Shown here: positions 13,893-26,494 of the stretch, in pieces
How the letters are laid out: each line of letters opens with the position of its first letter
How positions within the stretch are numbered: position 1 is the stretch's first letter
Source: Octopus vulgaris
Lineage: Eukaryota
Reading direction: 5' to 3'
Assembly: GCA_951406725.2 (NCBI GenBank)
Contig: OX597818.1
Coordinates: 67,642,001-67,706,000, forward strand
DNA: 64,000 bases
Notes under the pieces: model-generated
Database searches by the model: none
What the model was told of the DNA's origin: nothing
The model's input: only the letters and a program-made list of their open reading frames with translations
Made by a program: the position numbers and the translations under genes

Positions 13893-13900
<8 letters not shown>
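13524..13900 (-). mobile_element. Non-autonomous Helitron
   Basis: The minus-strand 3' end is a GC-rich hairpin (CCTGAGCAACGCCGGG) about 10 nt before a terminal CTAG. It is inserted in (TA)n with no TSD, and the opposite end fades into TATATATAAACGGCAG. Confidence 0.7.
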
Positions 13901-13959
<59 letters not shown>

Positions 13960-14094
13960 CTACAAGCATGCATTGAAGGAAACTTCTAACGGAATAATAC
14001 AAGGGAAAACATCGCCCACACGCTAATTCACACACATAAACATATACAATGACATACGTGCTCACATGCAGATATATACACACACACATATGCC

Positions 14095-14481
14095 TTATCT
14101 ATTCTAGGCACAAAGCCCAAAATTTATGGGGCGTGTTCAGTCAGTTTAATCGACTACAGTAGGTAACTGGTACTTAATTCATCGACCGCGAAAGGATGAA
14201 AGGCAAGGTCGACCTCGGCGGAATTTGAACTCAAAATGTAAAGGCATGAAATACATATTTCTTTACTACCCACAAGGGGTTAAATACAGAGAGAACAAAC
14301 AAGGAGAGACAAAAGGATTAAGTCGATTATATCGACCCCAGGGCGTAAGTGGTACTTATTTAATCGACCCGGAATGGATGAAAGGCAAAGTCGACATCGG
14401 TGGAATTTGAACTCAGAACCTAACGGCAGACGAAATACGGCTACGCATTTCGCCTGGCATGCTAACGTTTCTACCTGCTCG
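14095..14481 (-). mobile_element. Abundant tRNA-derived SINE (core GCCTTTCATCCTTTCGGGGTCGATAAATTAAGTACCAG), head-to-tail dimer
   Basis: Full unit at 14255-14481 plus a second unit starting at the internal GTATTTC. B-box-like GAGTTCAAATTCC. At least eight homologous copies occur in the window. Confidence 0.85.
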
Positions 14482-14910
14482 GCATCTTTACACACACGCA
14501 AATATGGAGGCCCACGATCGATTATTACACCACGAGCGCTTCCCATAGACGCAGTTATGTTATTCTCAGTGCGATCAATGTTAAACCAAGAAGTACAAAC
14601 CATCCAATATTTCGAAAGGTTATCATATAACACGACAGAATGCTATACAAATAAACGGCAACTAAGAATAGCGTAACATTGAATGGCCTATAAAGGTCTG
14701 TGAATTTTAAGCTATCGATTTATTGTTGGCAATGAAGAAGATAATGATTACTTGTCTAAGTGTCTGGTAGTTTCAGGAATTCCTGCACAAAGCATCGAAT
14801 ACGATCATTAGTTCTTGACAGGCTGTTCTGAAATCTAATATCCTTGGAGGCACTGATCCTAAACTCATCTAATAACTACCTCTTTTTGACTTATATACAT
14901 ATATATATAC

Positions 14911-14975
<65 letters not shown>

Positions 14976-15186
14976 CATATATATATATACATATACATAA
15001 TTGTAAGAATGTGTATATATATATATATGTTTATATATATGTATATATATATATATACAATATATATATATATATACATATACATAATTGTAAGTATGTG
15101 TATATATATGTATATATATATATATATATATATACATATACATAATTGTAATTATGTGTGTATATATATATATAAATAATTGTAAG

Positions 15187-15249
<63 letters not shown>

Positions 15250-15994
15250 TAAGAGAGAAACAAAAAGAGAGAGATTTGTTCTCACGTACATTGACATTTC
15301 CTAATATGTGTAGTGTATATTATATACATACATGCATATATATGTAAATATAGTTATCCATATATGGGTATGCATATGTGTGTGCGTGTGAGGGTGAGTG
15401 TGTGTGTGTTTGAGGTCATAATTCTCGAGGACATATACATTTATGCATTATCGTCTATTTTAGACAGTTGTAGACGCATATAGGAATGCGTAATGAATAT
15501 AATACAAATGTATCGGAATACTGATGTATAAATGAATGCATAACACATATATTCCGGCACTTCTATATAGAGCGGTAGATATATAAATATTCAAGTATGT
15601 AGATATGCATATACATATATATATATATATATAATTATAGTATAATCTGTTAGGAACTTGGGAGAGTACAGTATAAAGCTTGCCCACCCTCAAAATTACT
15701 CAATACTATATGGAAGCATTATTACATAGTTCCTGGTTTATGACAGGGTATTCTTCGAGTGGTCGAGTGCGAATATAAAATTCAAGAAATTTGAGTCAAC
15801 AACACGTGGTACGTTTGGACAGTTGTATTTTGAATCAGTACAATTGTTTCCACGCAACGTCGTTCTGCCGTAAAATACAGGTGTGTCTTCAAGTATATAT
15901 ATATATATATGTGTGTGTGTATATATATATATATATATGCACATATATGTATATATATATGCATGTATATATATGTGTATATATATATTTATAG

Positions 15995-16123
<129 letters not shown>

Positions 16124-16125
16124 TG

Positions 16126-16156
<31 letters not shown>

Positions 16157-16348
16157 GTAAGTATATATATATATGTAAATTATTATTACTATTATTATTG
16201 TTATTGTTATTATCATCATTAGACTACAGAACGAAAGGTTTATACCCGGTAGCTTACTGGTGCAGCACGATAGCTTTCAATGCTTGCCTATTTTTGCGTT
16301 GTCGCACATCTTCCATTTCCTCCTCCCATTAATCACACACACACACGC

Positions 16349-16414
<66 letters not shown>

Positions 16415-16415
<1 letters not shown>

Positions 16416-17370
16416 TCCTCCTCATCTCTCTCACAGCCGCTTGTCTTCCTCTATCTCTCTCTCTCTCTCTCTCACAGCCGGGCGACCACTTCCTTTCGCT
16501 TGCGGCCTCCTAACAGTGAACACGCTTTCTTCCTGCGCTCTTAAGAATCTTTCCTCGTCTGGGCCGAAAAAAGGCCCTCATTATTTGTTTTCTTGTTTGT
16601 TTTTATTTCTTGTACTGTATTTTTTTGTAATTTTATTTTTATTTTGTATTTTATTTTGTAATTTTATTTGTATCGTTTTTACGTTTTGTTTTTGTCACAT
16701 TTTTTCTTTTCTTGTTTTTAACCCTCTGTAAAGGATTTTTATTTATTTCTTGCGCAGGAAGGGCTAGTTCGACGAGTCGTGTTCTGTGCTCACCTTCGAA
16801 ACACGCATGGAGTCGTACTAGGGACAGCTGATGAAGGGGAATTTTCCTTGTGTTGTTTGTCTTGTACTCTGTTTTATCGTTGTTAAAAGAAGGTCCGTTT
16901 CCATGTTTGTTTTTACGTTATCGTTTCTAGTTGAGTTCTACGTCTATTTGTGGTGTCCTGTACTCACGTATATATATTTATATATGCATGTATATATACA
17001 TGTAGATGTAGGTACGTACATATATGTATGTATGTATGCATATATTTTATATATTACACTATATATATCCGTTTATCAATCCGCTTTGCAAGATTCCTGA
17101 TGTGTAATCATGCGTTAAACAGATATTGTTGTATTTCGGGATGTTCATTTATTTTTGGCCAAATAAACACATGCTGTATACATATATACCTTTTTAAACT
17201 CGTTTATTTTTGCTCTTATTCTATTATCTTGATTCATATCCATTGCCCGGACAATGGTCATGAGTGACAATAATAATAGAGGAACGGTAATAAACGAGTG
17301 AAGAAACAATATATAGTGCGGGTGTTTATTCGACAATTTCGCAAACAAATTGCCATCCCGACCTACAGCA
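16415..17370 (+). repeat. Interspersed repeat between (TA)n tracts, probably PLE-derived non-coding sequence
   Basis: Contains CCTTCGAAAC...GTC...CTGATGAAGGGG hammerhead-like motifs at 16794-16840 and T-rich blocks; no ORF. Confidence 0.4.
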
Positions 17371-17380
17371 ATATGTATAT

Positions 17381-17760
<380 letters not shown>

Positions 17761-18564
17761 AAAGCTAATAGTCTTTAACGATACGCTACTAGAATCCTTA
17801 TGCGAAAAAAGCTTCACCAGAATAGGATAAAGGGAGAATATTACAGTAATTGTAGTAACGAAATAGGAGGACAACCCAACTGCCAAGCGGAAGCGAATGA
17901 GACAAAGAAAAAAAATGATAATTTTTGAAAAGTGCAAAAGCTTATCAAACGAACACCGTATGGAGATATCTTCGTCTGGTTAAAACAAAAAAGTCACAAG
18001 ACTAATATAAGAACAGCAATTTACAGCACCATCTCTAAGGTATATAATAAACGGCATAGAAACCGTGATTAAAACTGTGAAATTTACAAAAATTCCACCT
18101 CCACTTCATTATCATATTTCACTCCCTATTTCAACTGAACGTGTTTGCCATTTATGACTATAATTGAACCATTTAAATAACAATCTTCATATATATACTT
18201 GCGTAATCATTACGCTACATCAGACGCTTCGCATTATCGATAAACAAACCAATACGATTATTTATTTTAGAGATCCATATTATCTGACTTCGAAAATGAT
18301 ATATCCAATCAAACGGTTTGCTTTGGGCGAGACAGACGGATTTAAATAAAATCATTCATTTATATTTACATATGCACATATATTTGCATGTCTGTGTCTC
18401 TGTTTGCAACGATGATTTTGTGTATGCATGTTATGCATGTGTCCATACGTATATGTGTGTATGTTTCTGTGTGTAGTATGTGTGTTTGTGCACGCATATA
18501 TATATGTTTGTATGTGTATGTTTCTGTCCCCATTCCTGCTCTGTCTGTCTAGCTCTCTCCAGCC

Positions 18565-18902
18565 AGGTAACCTTGTACCTCCTCTACAGCAAGACACCTG
18601 TTTTTGTCTCTCTGTCTTGCTATAAACTTTCATAATCTGATCACCTCCTGCAATGTCCCTTCCCCTCTCAAAAGATTTTTGTCTTGCTAGTTACTTGGTG
18701 ACCCTGTCAGTGCAGGTGCCACTTAAAAAGCATCCAGTCTACACTGTAAGGATATCCAGCTGCAAAAACCTTGCCAAATCTGACCTTACCTGTGCATGTG
18801 CCATGTAAAAAGCACTAAGTCCACTCTGCTGGGTGATTGATGTTAGGAAGGATACCCAACTGTAAAAATCCTGCCAAAACAGTCACAGGAGTCTGGTGCA
18901 GG

Positions 18903-18903
<1 letters not shown>
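18565..18903 (+). mobile_element. SINE 3' fragment with internal duplication
   Basis: Two related blocks GTGCCAC/TGTAAAAAGCA...GGATA(T/C)CCA(G/A)CTG(C/T)AAAAA...TGCCAAA; resembles a common cephalopod SINE body (from memory). Confidence 0.5.
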
Positions 18904-18953
<50 letters not shown>

Positions 18954-18960
18954 TAAATCT

Positions 18961-21252
18961 CTGAGCGAAGTATAAACAGTAGCTGCAAGACATCCTGAAG
19001 TATATTTGTCACTTAAATGTGGCTAACCCTTAAGGGTGGATGCTATTGTAGTTTGTTGCTCCAGGAGGACACCTCCTGCAGCTGGCTATTGACACACTTT
19101 CTGTGACTTATTAGTAATTGCAAAGGGAAGCCATCCTTCCTATCTTCAATCTGACATGATACACACGGACTCGAGTTTATCTTAGGCACAAGTCCTGAAT
19201 ACAAAGGGGACCTAGGCAAACATGCGGGAACAAAAGAACATATGAAAGAATGAATTAAATTACAATGACTATGAGACGGTTCTCTCGGTCCCACTCCGAG
19301 ACGAAACCGTGATTTCTTTTTTACAATTAAACGTTCTTACTGTATTTTCTTTTTTTTTCCTTTTTAGCGCGTTCTTTTTTTAGTTTTTTTATCGTTTTTT
19401 TTCTCTTTTTTCTTTAAACTTTTTAACAGTCTATTTTCCTTGTGTTTTTTTTTTATGAAGTACTAATTTTACTTATTTGTATTTAAATGTTCATAAAGGG
19501 TTTCAAATCTCCTTATTCCACGACCGGTGGGAGTTCGTCAAACTCAACTTCTACCCCCAGCGGCTCTATGAAAAGTTCCTGCATCTCTCTTTATCTATAA
19601 CTATTCCTTTAGTGTATTCCAGGTATTCTCCTGGCGGCTGCTTTACTCTTTTTACCGATTTATATTTTACAATCTTTTTCTCTATTTCTTTACTTTTGGA
19701 ATACCTGACCAAATGCCACTTATATCTCTTCCTTTTCACTTCTGCTTGCTTCGGCTCCCGTCCTGATCTGTTCGGGTGTGCAGAAACATCACAACCAATT
19801 TTATAAACACTTCCTCTTTCTCCCTGTTGTAATGCTGCTTTTTCCTGTGAGCCTTCTTTCACCATTGCTTCTGTTGGTGTTTCACACCTATTTCTATTTT
19901 CTTTCGTCACAATCTATTTTAGCCTTTTTTACTGTCTGGGGTAGAATTCACCCGTTCCTTTCTCTTCCTCCTGTTTACTACTGTGAAGGGTTCCTCCACT
20001 CTATCTGTCTCCTTTATTGTTACTACCTCCCCGGTATCGCTTTCTTCACTTCTCCTCTCCTCCTCACCTTCCTTCTCGGGACATCCCGCCTTTATGTGCC
20101 CTCCCCTGCCGCATAAGAAGCATGTTGGTGGTCCTCCCTCTACTGCTTTCGAAGTCCAGCGTCTTCCGGAAATACTACTTCCTCCGTAATAACATGCAAA
20201 ACTTCCAAAGATACCTGCATGGTCACTTCGAGGCTATATCCCTACCAATTGGCCTTCGGGGTCCTCGTTATCTTGAAGATCTCTACCCCATCTTTCATAT
20301 CGTGCATTATGGCAGCTACCAGCCATTCTTCATCGATTTCGAGCTGTACTCTTCCATCTCTGACACTGGCAACTCGTTTTCCACAGTACGTCGGAAGTAG
20401 TATCCATGTCGTCCTCGGTAACGGGTCCGTGGAGTGGTTTATGGCATCTTCTTCGTTGCCAAACCTTACTTCCACTGAGCCATACTTTTTTCCACGTGCA
20501 TAGAATGTGGTCAATTTTTTAAACATTTTCGAGACATTCCTCTATTTTTTCTGTTGGAGTGAACTCTATCTTGTTCGAGGACAGAGACAACATTCTGTAT
20601 ACTACCGTTCTCTTCGCTATGCTTTTCATCAGTTCTTCTGCGGGAATCAGCCCTAGACTAACTCCCTTCTTTTTTACAAATTTTCTCCCTTTCCTCCTCC
20701 TTCCCGCATCAATTTTCACCTCCTCCACCTCCAGGGTTCAGGCACTCATTCTTTGTATCGCTTCCGGTACGCAACTTTGTCCATTCTCCATCTCTCCTCC
20801 CTTCCGCACCTCTCCCGCAGACGGGGATTATACAGGTGCAAACGAAACAGCGACTGAAATTCAAGAATTTACACAATCCAACGAATCCTGGTTCACCTGC
20901 GCGGGGAAACCTACAACAAACACACAACATCAGTGTGTAACGATTCCAACTCACATCGGAGAAATCACCACCAACACCCATTAGTGACAATCACCGATTG
21001 CCGATGAAAAGTGGGTCCCCCTTGCAAATATATATCCTTTTTCCAGTGACGAAAAGTCACTGATATCGAAAAAGTTTAAACAAGCAATAATAACTTACTG
21101 ACCGAGGTATAAACAGTAGCTGCACGACATCGTGAAGTATATTTGTCACTCAAATGTGACTAACCCTTAAGGGTGGATGCTACTGCAGCTTGTAGCCCCA
21201 GGAGGAGTTTGCAAATACTAATAGGGCTCAGAAAGTGTGTCAATAGTCAGCT
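18961..21252 (-). mobile_element. ORF1/gag-only retroelement with 109-bp direct terminal repeats and an inverted 5' segment
   Basis: Direct repeats at 18961-19069 and 21098-21206 (11 mismatches counted by eye). 21208-21252 is the reverse complement of 19080-19124. A single decayed ORF lies inside. Confidence 0.75.
19513..20791 (-). pseudogene. Disrupted ORF1/gag-like nucleic-acid-binding protein (RRM-like region, CCHC zinc knuckle, K/E-rich tail)
   Basis: Joins ORFs 20519-20728, 20242-20526 and 19566-19910. Between them an alternative frame reads VEGGPPTCFLCGRGGHIKAGCPE (C-X2-C-X4-H-X4-C at 20081-20122). GSVEVRF is RRM-like. The layout is typical of L1/Tx1-type ORF1. Confidence 0.75.
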
Positions 21253-21665
21253 ATATTCTATAATTTACAACAGGTTTTATAAGAACGCTTACCTAGGACG
21301 TAATCCAAGATACAGTTACATATATTTTACACTTTTGAAAGCCTGATATGAAACCGATGAAGAGTATGGTAATAATTTAAACTATAATGAAATTGTAATG
21401 AAGTCTAATATATTCGTTGGGCGTTTTCAATTTAATGTTTTCTGCATTTCTAATAATAATTTATCTCTCACTTTCTATCTCTGTCTCTCTCTCTATTTAT
21501 ATCTCTTTCTTTCTCCCTTTCTCTCTTTCTCTCTCTCTCCCTCCCTCCTCGAAGCAGAGGAACCCAGCTAATGTAGCTTAGGTCACGAGCCTGACGAGCT
21601 GCGTTCCTGTGCAGAATCCACGAGACTTTAAGTTGGGTAGGACCAAAGCAAACTGTTTTTATTTA

Positions 21666-21706
<41 letters not shown>

Positions 21707-22023
21707 TAATAATAACAACAAAAACAATAATAATAATAATAATAATAATGAAAATAATAATACATATACATTAAAATTCGTATATGTGGATGCATGTATA
21801 AGCATATGTATGTATTTATATGTATGTGTATAAGTATGGATTTTTGTGTTTGCACACATGCAGAGAAAGCTGTGCTCACACACACAAAGACATGCACACG
21901 CACATATACACACATACACACGCACACACATATATACATATATATAGGTTTATTTATTGCTGGAGATACAGTTGCGTAGGAAGATGTGTCTACAGATACA
22001 TTGATAGATATATAAGCATTTTC

Positions 22024-22074
<51 letters not shown>

Positions 22075-22929
22075 CCTATAAATAATATTATGTACATATA
22101 TGTATAAATATGTATACATACAGTATGTGTGTATATATATATATATACACGCACACTTATATATAGACATATATGTTATACATGCAATACACACACACAT
22201 ATATATATATTGCATGTACAACATATATGTCTATATATAAGTGTGTGTGTATGTGTATATATATATATGTGTGTGTGTATGTATGTGTGTTTGTGCTTAA
22301 CGTATATATATATATATACATTTTCAGGTATGTTCGACTTATACCTGTTTTATCCTTTAGCATAATATTTAGTGTGAACTAAGTGGTAATAAATGTTAGA
22401 TGGCAATAATAATTTCCAGGTAACATAATGATTCTATTTCATAAAAATTTATTGCGAGTGCACGAGGATATATTTTCTAGAACGTTCTTCTGAGTGATAA
22501 TAAGATTTGATTTTATGAGAGCTTCAATCACATAAATACATGGGTGGGTGATGTAAATATATAAAGATGCGTTATATGACGATTCCTATTGTGTGTTTGA
22601 TTGTTTGTGAATATAGCAGAAAACATAAACCATGGTATTCCTGAAGTGATAACACATAGCTGCGTGTGTATATGCAAACATTCAGACAGCCAGACAGCCA
22701 CACAGGCAGACGCACACTCACACGCATTTAGATATGTAAATGCATGCACACGCACACGTGCATACATATTCATAGCTTGATGCATGGATGAATAAAAAAG
22801 ATAGATTGCTTAAAAGAGAAATATAGAAAGAGAAATATAGACACAAATCTGTTATATAGCTGTATAATTCTGAAGGTATATAAGTATTCATATCTATGTC
22901 GGTTTCCATTTATCTTTATTTCCCTATGT

Positions 22930-23420
<491 letters not shown>

Positions 23421-23486
23421 GTCTATGCATCCATTTATCAATCGATCTACCCCTTTCTCTCTCTCCTCCTCCTCTTTCTCTCTCTC

Positions 23487-23528
<42 letters not shown>

Positions 23529-23950
23529 CATACATACACACACTTATATGCATATACTGCTACAAATATAGAAATATATGTATGTTTTATCCAAAATGTA
23601 GACGAACACAATTCCTCCAAGTAATCAGCGCGTGTGAATTCAGCATTGTTTAGATATATGTACTATCCATTTTCATATATAAATCTCCACTGGTATTTTG
23701 TGTGTACATGTGTGTTTGCTTGTGTTGTGTTTGTGTTTATATGTGTTAGTATGTGAGTGTGTGTTTTTCATGTGCTGATGTGTATGTTAACAGTAAGTTA
23801 GATGGAGGCATTTAGCTCCAGAAATATTTATATTAGCAGCGTCTACCGGAAAATTCCGATAGGAAAATAACCCCATCTCTACCGAGGTTTCAAATAAGAA
23901 AAGATTTCATGTTTTAAAGCCATTGGGAAGTATGAATAATAAAGTTTGAT

Positions 23951-24100
23951 ACATTATTTACGTTTGACGAATATTTGTCCTCATCTTGCTAGTTGTTAAT
24001 ACAACGTTTCGGCTGATAAAACCTCCAGCCTTCAAAGAGGTGTCTCAAGGAAATTTCTAACCTGGGTTATTATTCCTAAGGTATTTTTCGATGTTTTTAA

Positions 24101-24183
<83 letters not shown>

Positions 24184-24413
24184 GTAATATTATTATAATT
24201 ATTATTATTCAGATCACTGCCTGGAATCGATTTCGGAATCTTGGGGTTAGTAGCCCGCGCTTTTAACCACTACGCCATATGCTATTAAGCCTGGAGGGTA
24301 TATCAGCCGAAACGTTGCGTTAACAACAAACAAGATGAGGACAAATATATGTCAAATGTAAATGATGTAAATAATGCAAATAATTCCTCATCTCTTAAAT
24401 ATAGAACTGTGTT
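23951..24413 (-). mobile_element. tRNA-head/(AAT)n/hammerhead retroposon, copy A (minus-strand unit plus inverted plus-strand 3' part)
   Basis: Head TGGCGTAGTGGTTAAAAGCGCGGGCTACTAACCCC at 24209-24278 (-), (AAT)n, and a degenerate hammerhead at 23996-24046 (-). The plus-strand arm 24287-24409 ends TAAATATAGAACTG. Perfect 12-bp TSD ATAAAGTTTGAT at 23939-23950 and 24414-24425. Confidence 0.85.
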
Positions 24414-24532
24414 ATAAAGTTTGATGAATGCAATTTATGATATCATTTCTACTCCATGGCAGCAAATTGCTTTAACAAACCTCCGGTGACTTTTCACGTA
24501 TTATGTTAACAATGATTTTGTCATGACTACTT

Positions 24533-24571
<39 letters not shown>

Positions 24572-25914
24572 TATTTATATTTATACACAAGGTATTGTAT
24601 TATAAGTTCAGCAAAATTTAGATTCAGATGAATATGGTACTTATGTCAATGGCACCAGAATTGTGTATGGTATTATCCATATAAATCCTTGCTTATTTTG
24701 ATTATATATATATATATATATACATATATACTTATATACTCATATGAGCATGTATAGATGTATGTATGTATTGTATATGTATGCGTTTATGTATATATAA
24801 ATATAAAATACTGTGTCGTATTTTGCATGTATGTGTGTGTGGGTGTGCGTATGTATGTTTATGCGTGTGTGTTCGTGTCTGTATGCTTGTGTGTGTGTGT
24901 GTGTATGTATATAATAGGACATATGTAGGTAGAAGTGGATTAGAATATACGAGTATTTTAAGATTATATGTATATTTATGCGTGTGTCTATACGATTGTG
25001 TGTACTTGCGTATATGGATATGGTTATATGTGCACAGTTGCACCTAAACGTTGTATCCATTCACAGTTAGACGGTGATGAGAGGAACAACCACACACCCA
25101 CACATATATATATATGTGTGTGCGTCTATACAAACATATATGTGTGTACGTATACAATCTTCAACAAAGTAAGTCATGTACACAACTTGGACGGACACAT
25201 ACCAATACACGGACATGCGTTCACATACACATACACATGTACACACTCTCACAGACGCGTCTGCCCATTTTCCTAGACACTCACATACATACGTAGCACA
25301 TGAGTACAAACATACATACATACCTACATATGGGCATACACACGTACGTACGCACGTACATGTACGCACACACATACATGGGCACATGCATACGTGCGCG
25401 TATACATACATACGCACATGCGTACGTATGTGCATACACACATACATACATACATACATACGTACGTACATACATACATACATACATACATACACACATA
25501 CATACGTATATATATTTAACCTGAACTAACTAGATGTAGGGAGGAAAAAAAAACAAGTAATATTAAAACAAAAGTGCTGTGATATAGAGATAAATGTCTG
25601 ATAATAGGTTTTAGGGTTTTGTTTTGGGGGTGAGGGTCGTAAATCACTTCCTAGTTTCGGCGAGGGAGGTTGAAATTTGATATTATTGTGATGGGTGGTC
25701 AGTCTACATCTATCCATCACTACAGGTTTATAGCTTTAAGTCTATAGTGTGTATGTGCGTGCATATACACACACATACATACATACATATATATATATAC
25801 ATACATACACAGGCGTATGTACGTACATAATACATACATGCACGCATGCGTGTATACATAACTGCACACACACATACGTACATATATATTACGAACTAAC
25901 TGTTTCTTTCTCAG

Positions 25915-26115
25915 AAGCAGCACGGATTTTTGTCAGTGAACAGGTCGCGGATATTAGCGACGAAAATATTTTGACAAATTAAACTTAAATGTTGAAGTGA
26001 ATCGAACGGCTTTTGTGTGTTTCTTAAATGGCTTATAAACACCTTCCACTCTGCAATCGTTTTCGTTCCAGCGCACGATCTCAGATCAAATCACTTGCTA
26101 TGCGAGTAAATCTCC

Positions 26116-26118
<3 letters not shown>
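25915..26118. repeat. Unclassified interspersed repeat fragment abutting (TA)n
   Basis: Complex sequence block ending ATCTCCGTA between microsatellites; recognised only from memory as a common octopus repeat. Confidence 0.3.
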
Positions 26119-26165
<47 letters not shown>

Positions 26166-26494
26166 CAAAACACTTTATATATTTGTTTCATCGGAACCGT
26201 TTGCAAAAGTGGTACAGAAAATAATCGGCTGCAAGTATGCCCGGTTAAATATGAAATATTTATCATTGATCAGAATGGGCAGCGAGAAAATTTAGAATTT
26301 TACGAAGAAACAGAATAAGTAAAATAACAAAGATTTAGTTTGCTTGTCTCTGTTAGCCCTGGATGATAAGAATGACTCAAATGCCTAGCAGACTTCCTCC
26401 TTTGTCAGTCTGGCAGGTGACCTTAACTACGAGGCCTAAGATAGAACGTTCAATTAGGTGTAGTTGGTATGGGAGAAACACTAGCGATGGAAGA

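Noticed and set aside
19265-19312. Hammerhead in the ORF1-only element (ACGGTTCTCTCGG...CCGAGACGAAACCGT; also minus-strand TTGAAGA...GAAAGTGTGTC)
   Set aside because: A hairpin is present, but the core boxes and stem III are non-canonical in both readings; not supportable.
18961-21206. Classical LTR retrotransposon or a 109-bp TSD
   Set aside because: No TG...CA ends or pol remnants; the sequence following the left repeat reappears inverted after the right repeat, which does not fit a TSD.
21585-21625. CTGACGA-GCTGC...GCAG hammerhead candidate
   Set aside because: There is no GAAA box after the stem; more likely the 3' end of a repeat preceding (AAT)n.
24209-24278. tRNA gene
   Set aside because: It has A/B boxes and an anticodon-like arm but no convincing acceptor stem, and it recurs as the head of a dispersed repeat. 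The same applies to the heads at 9812 and 51291.
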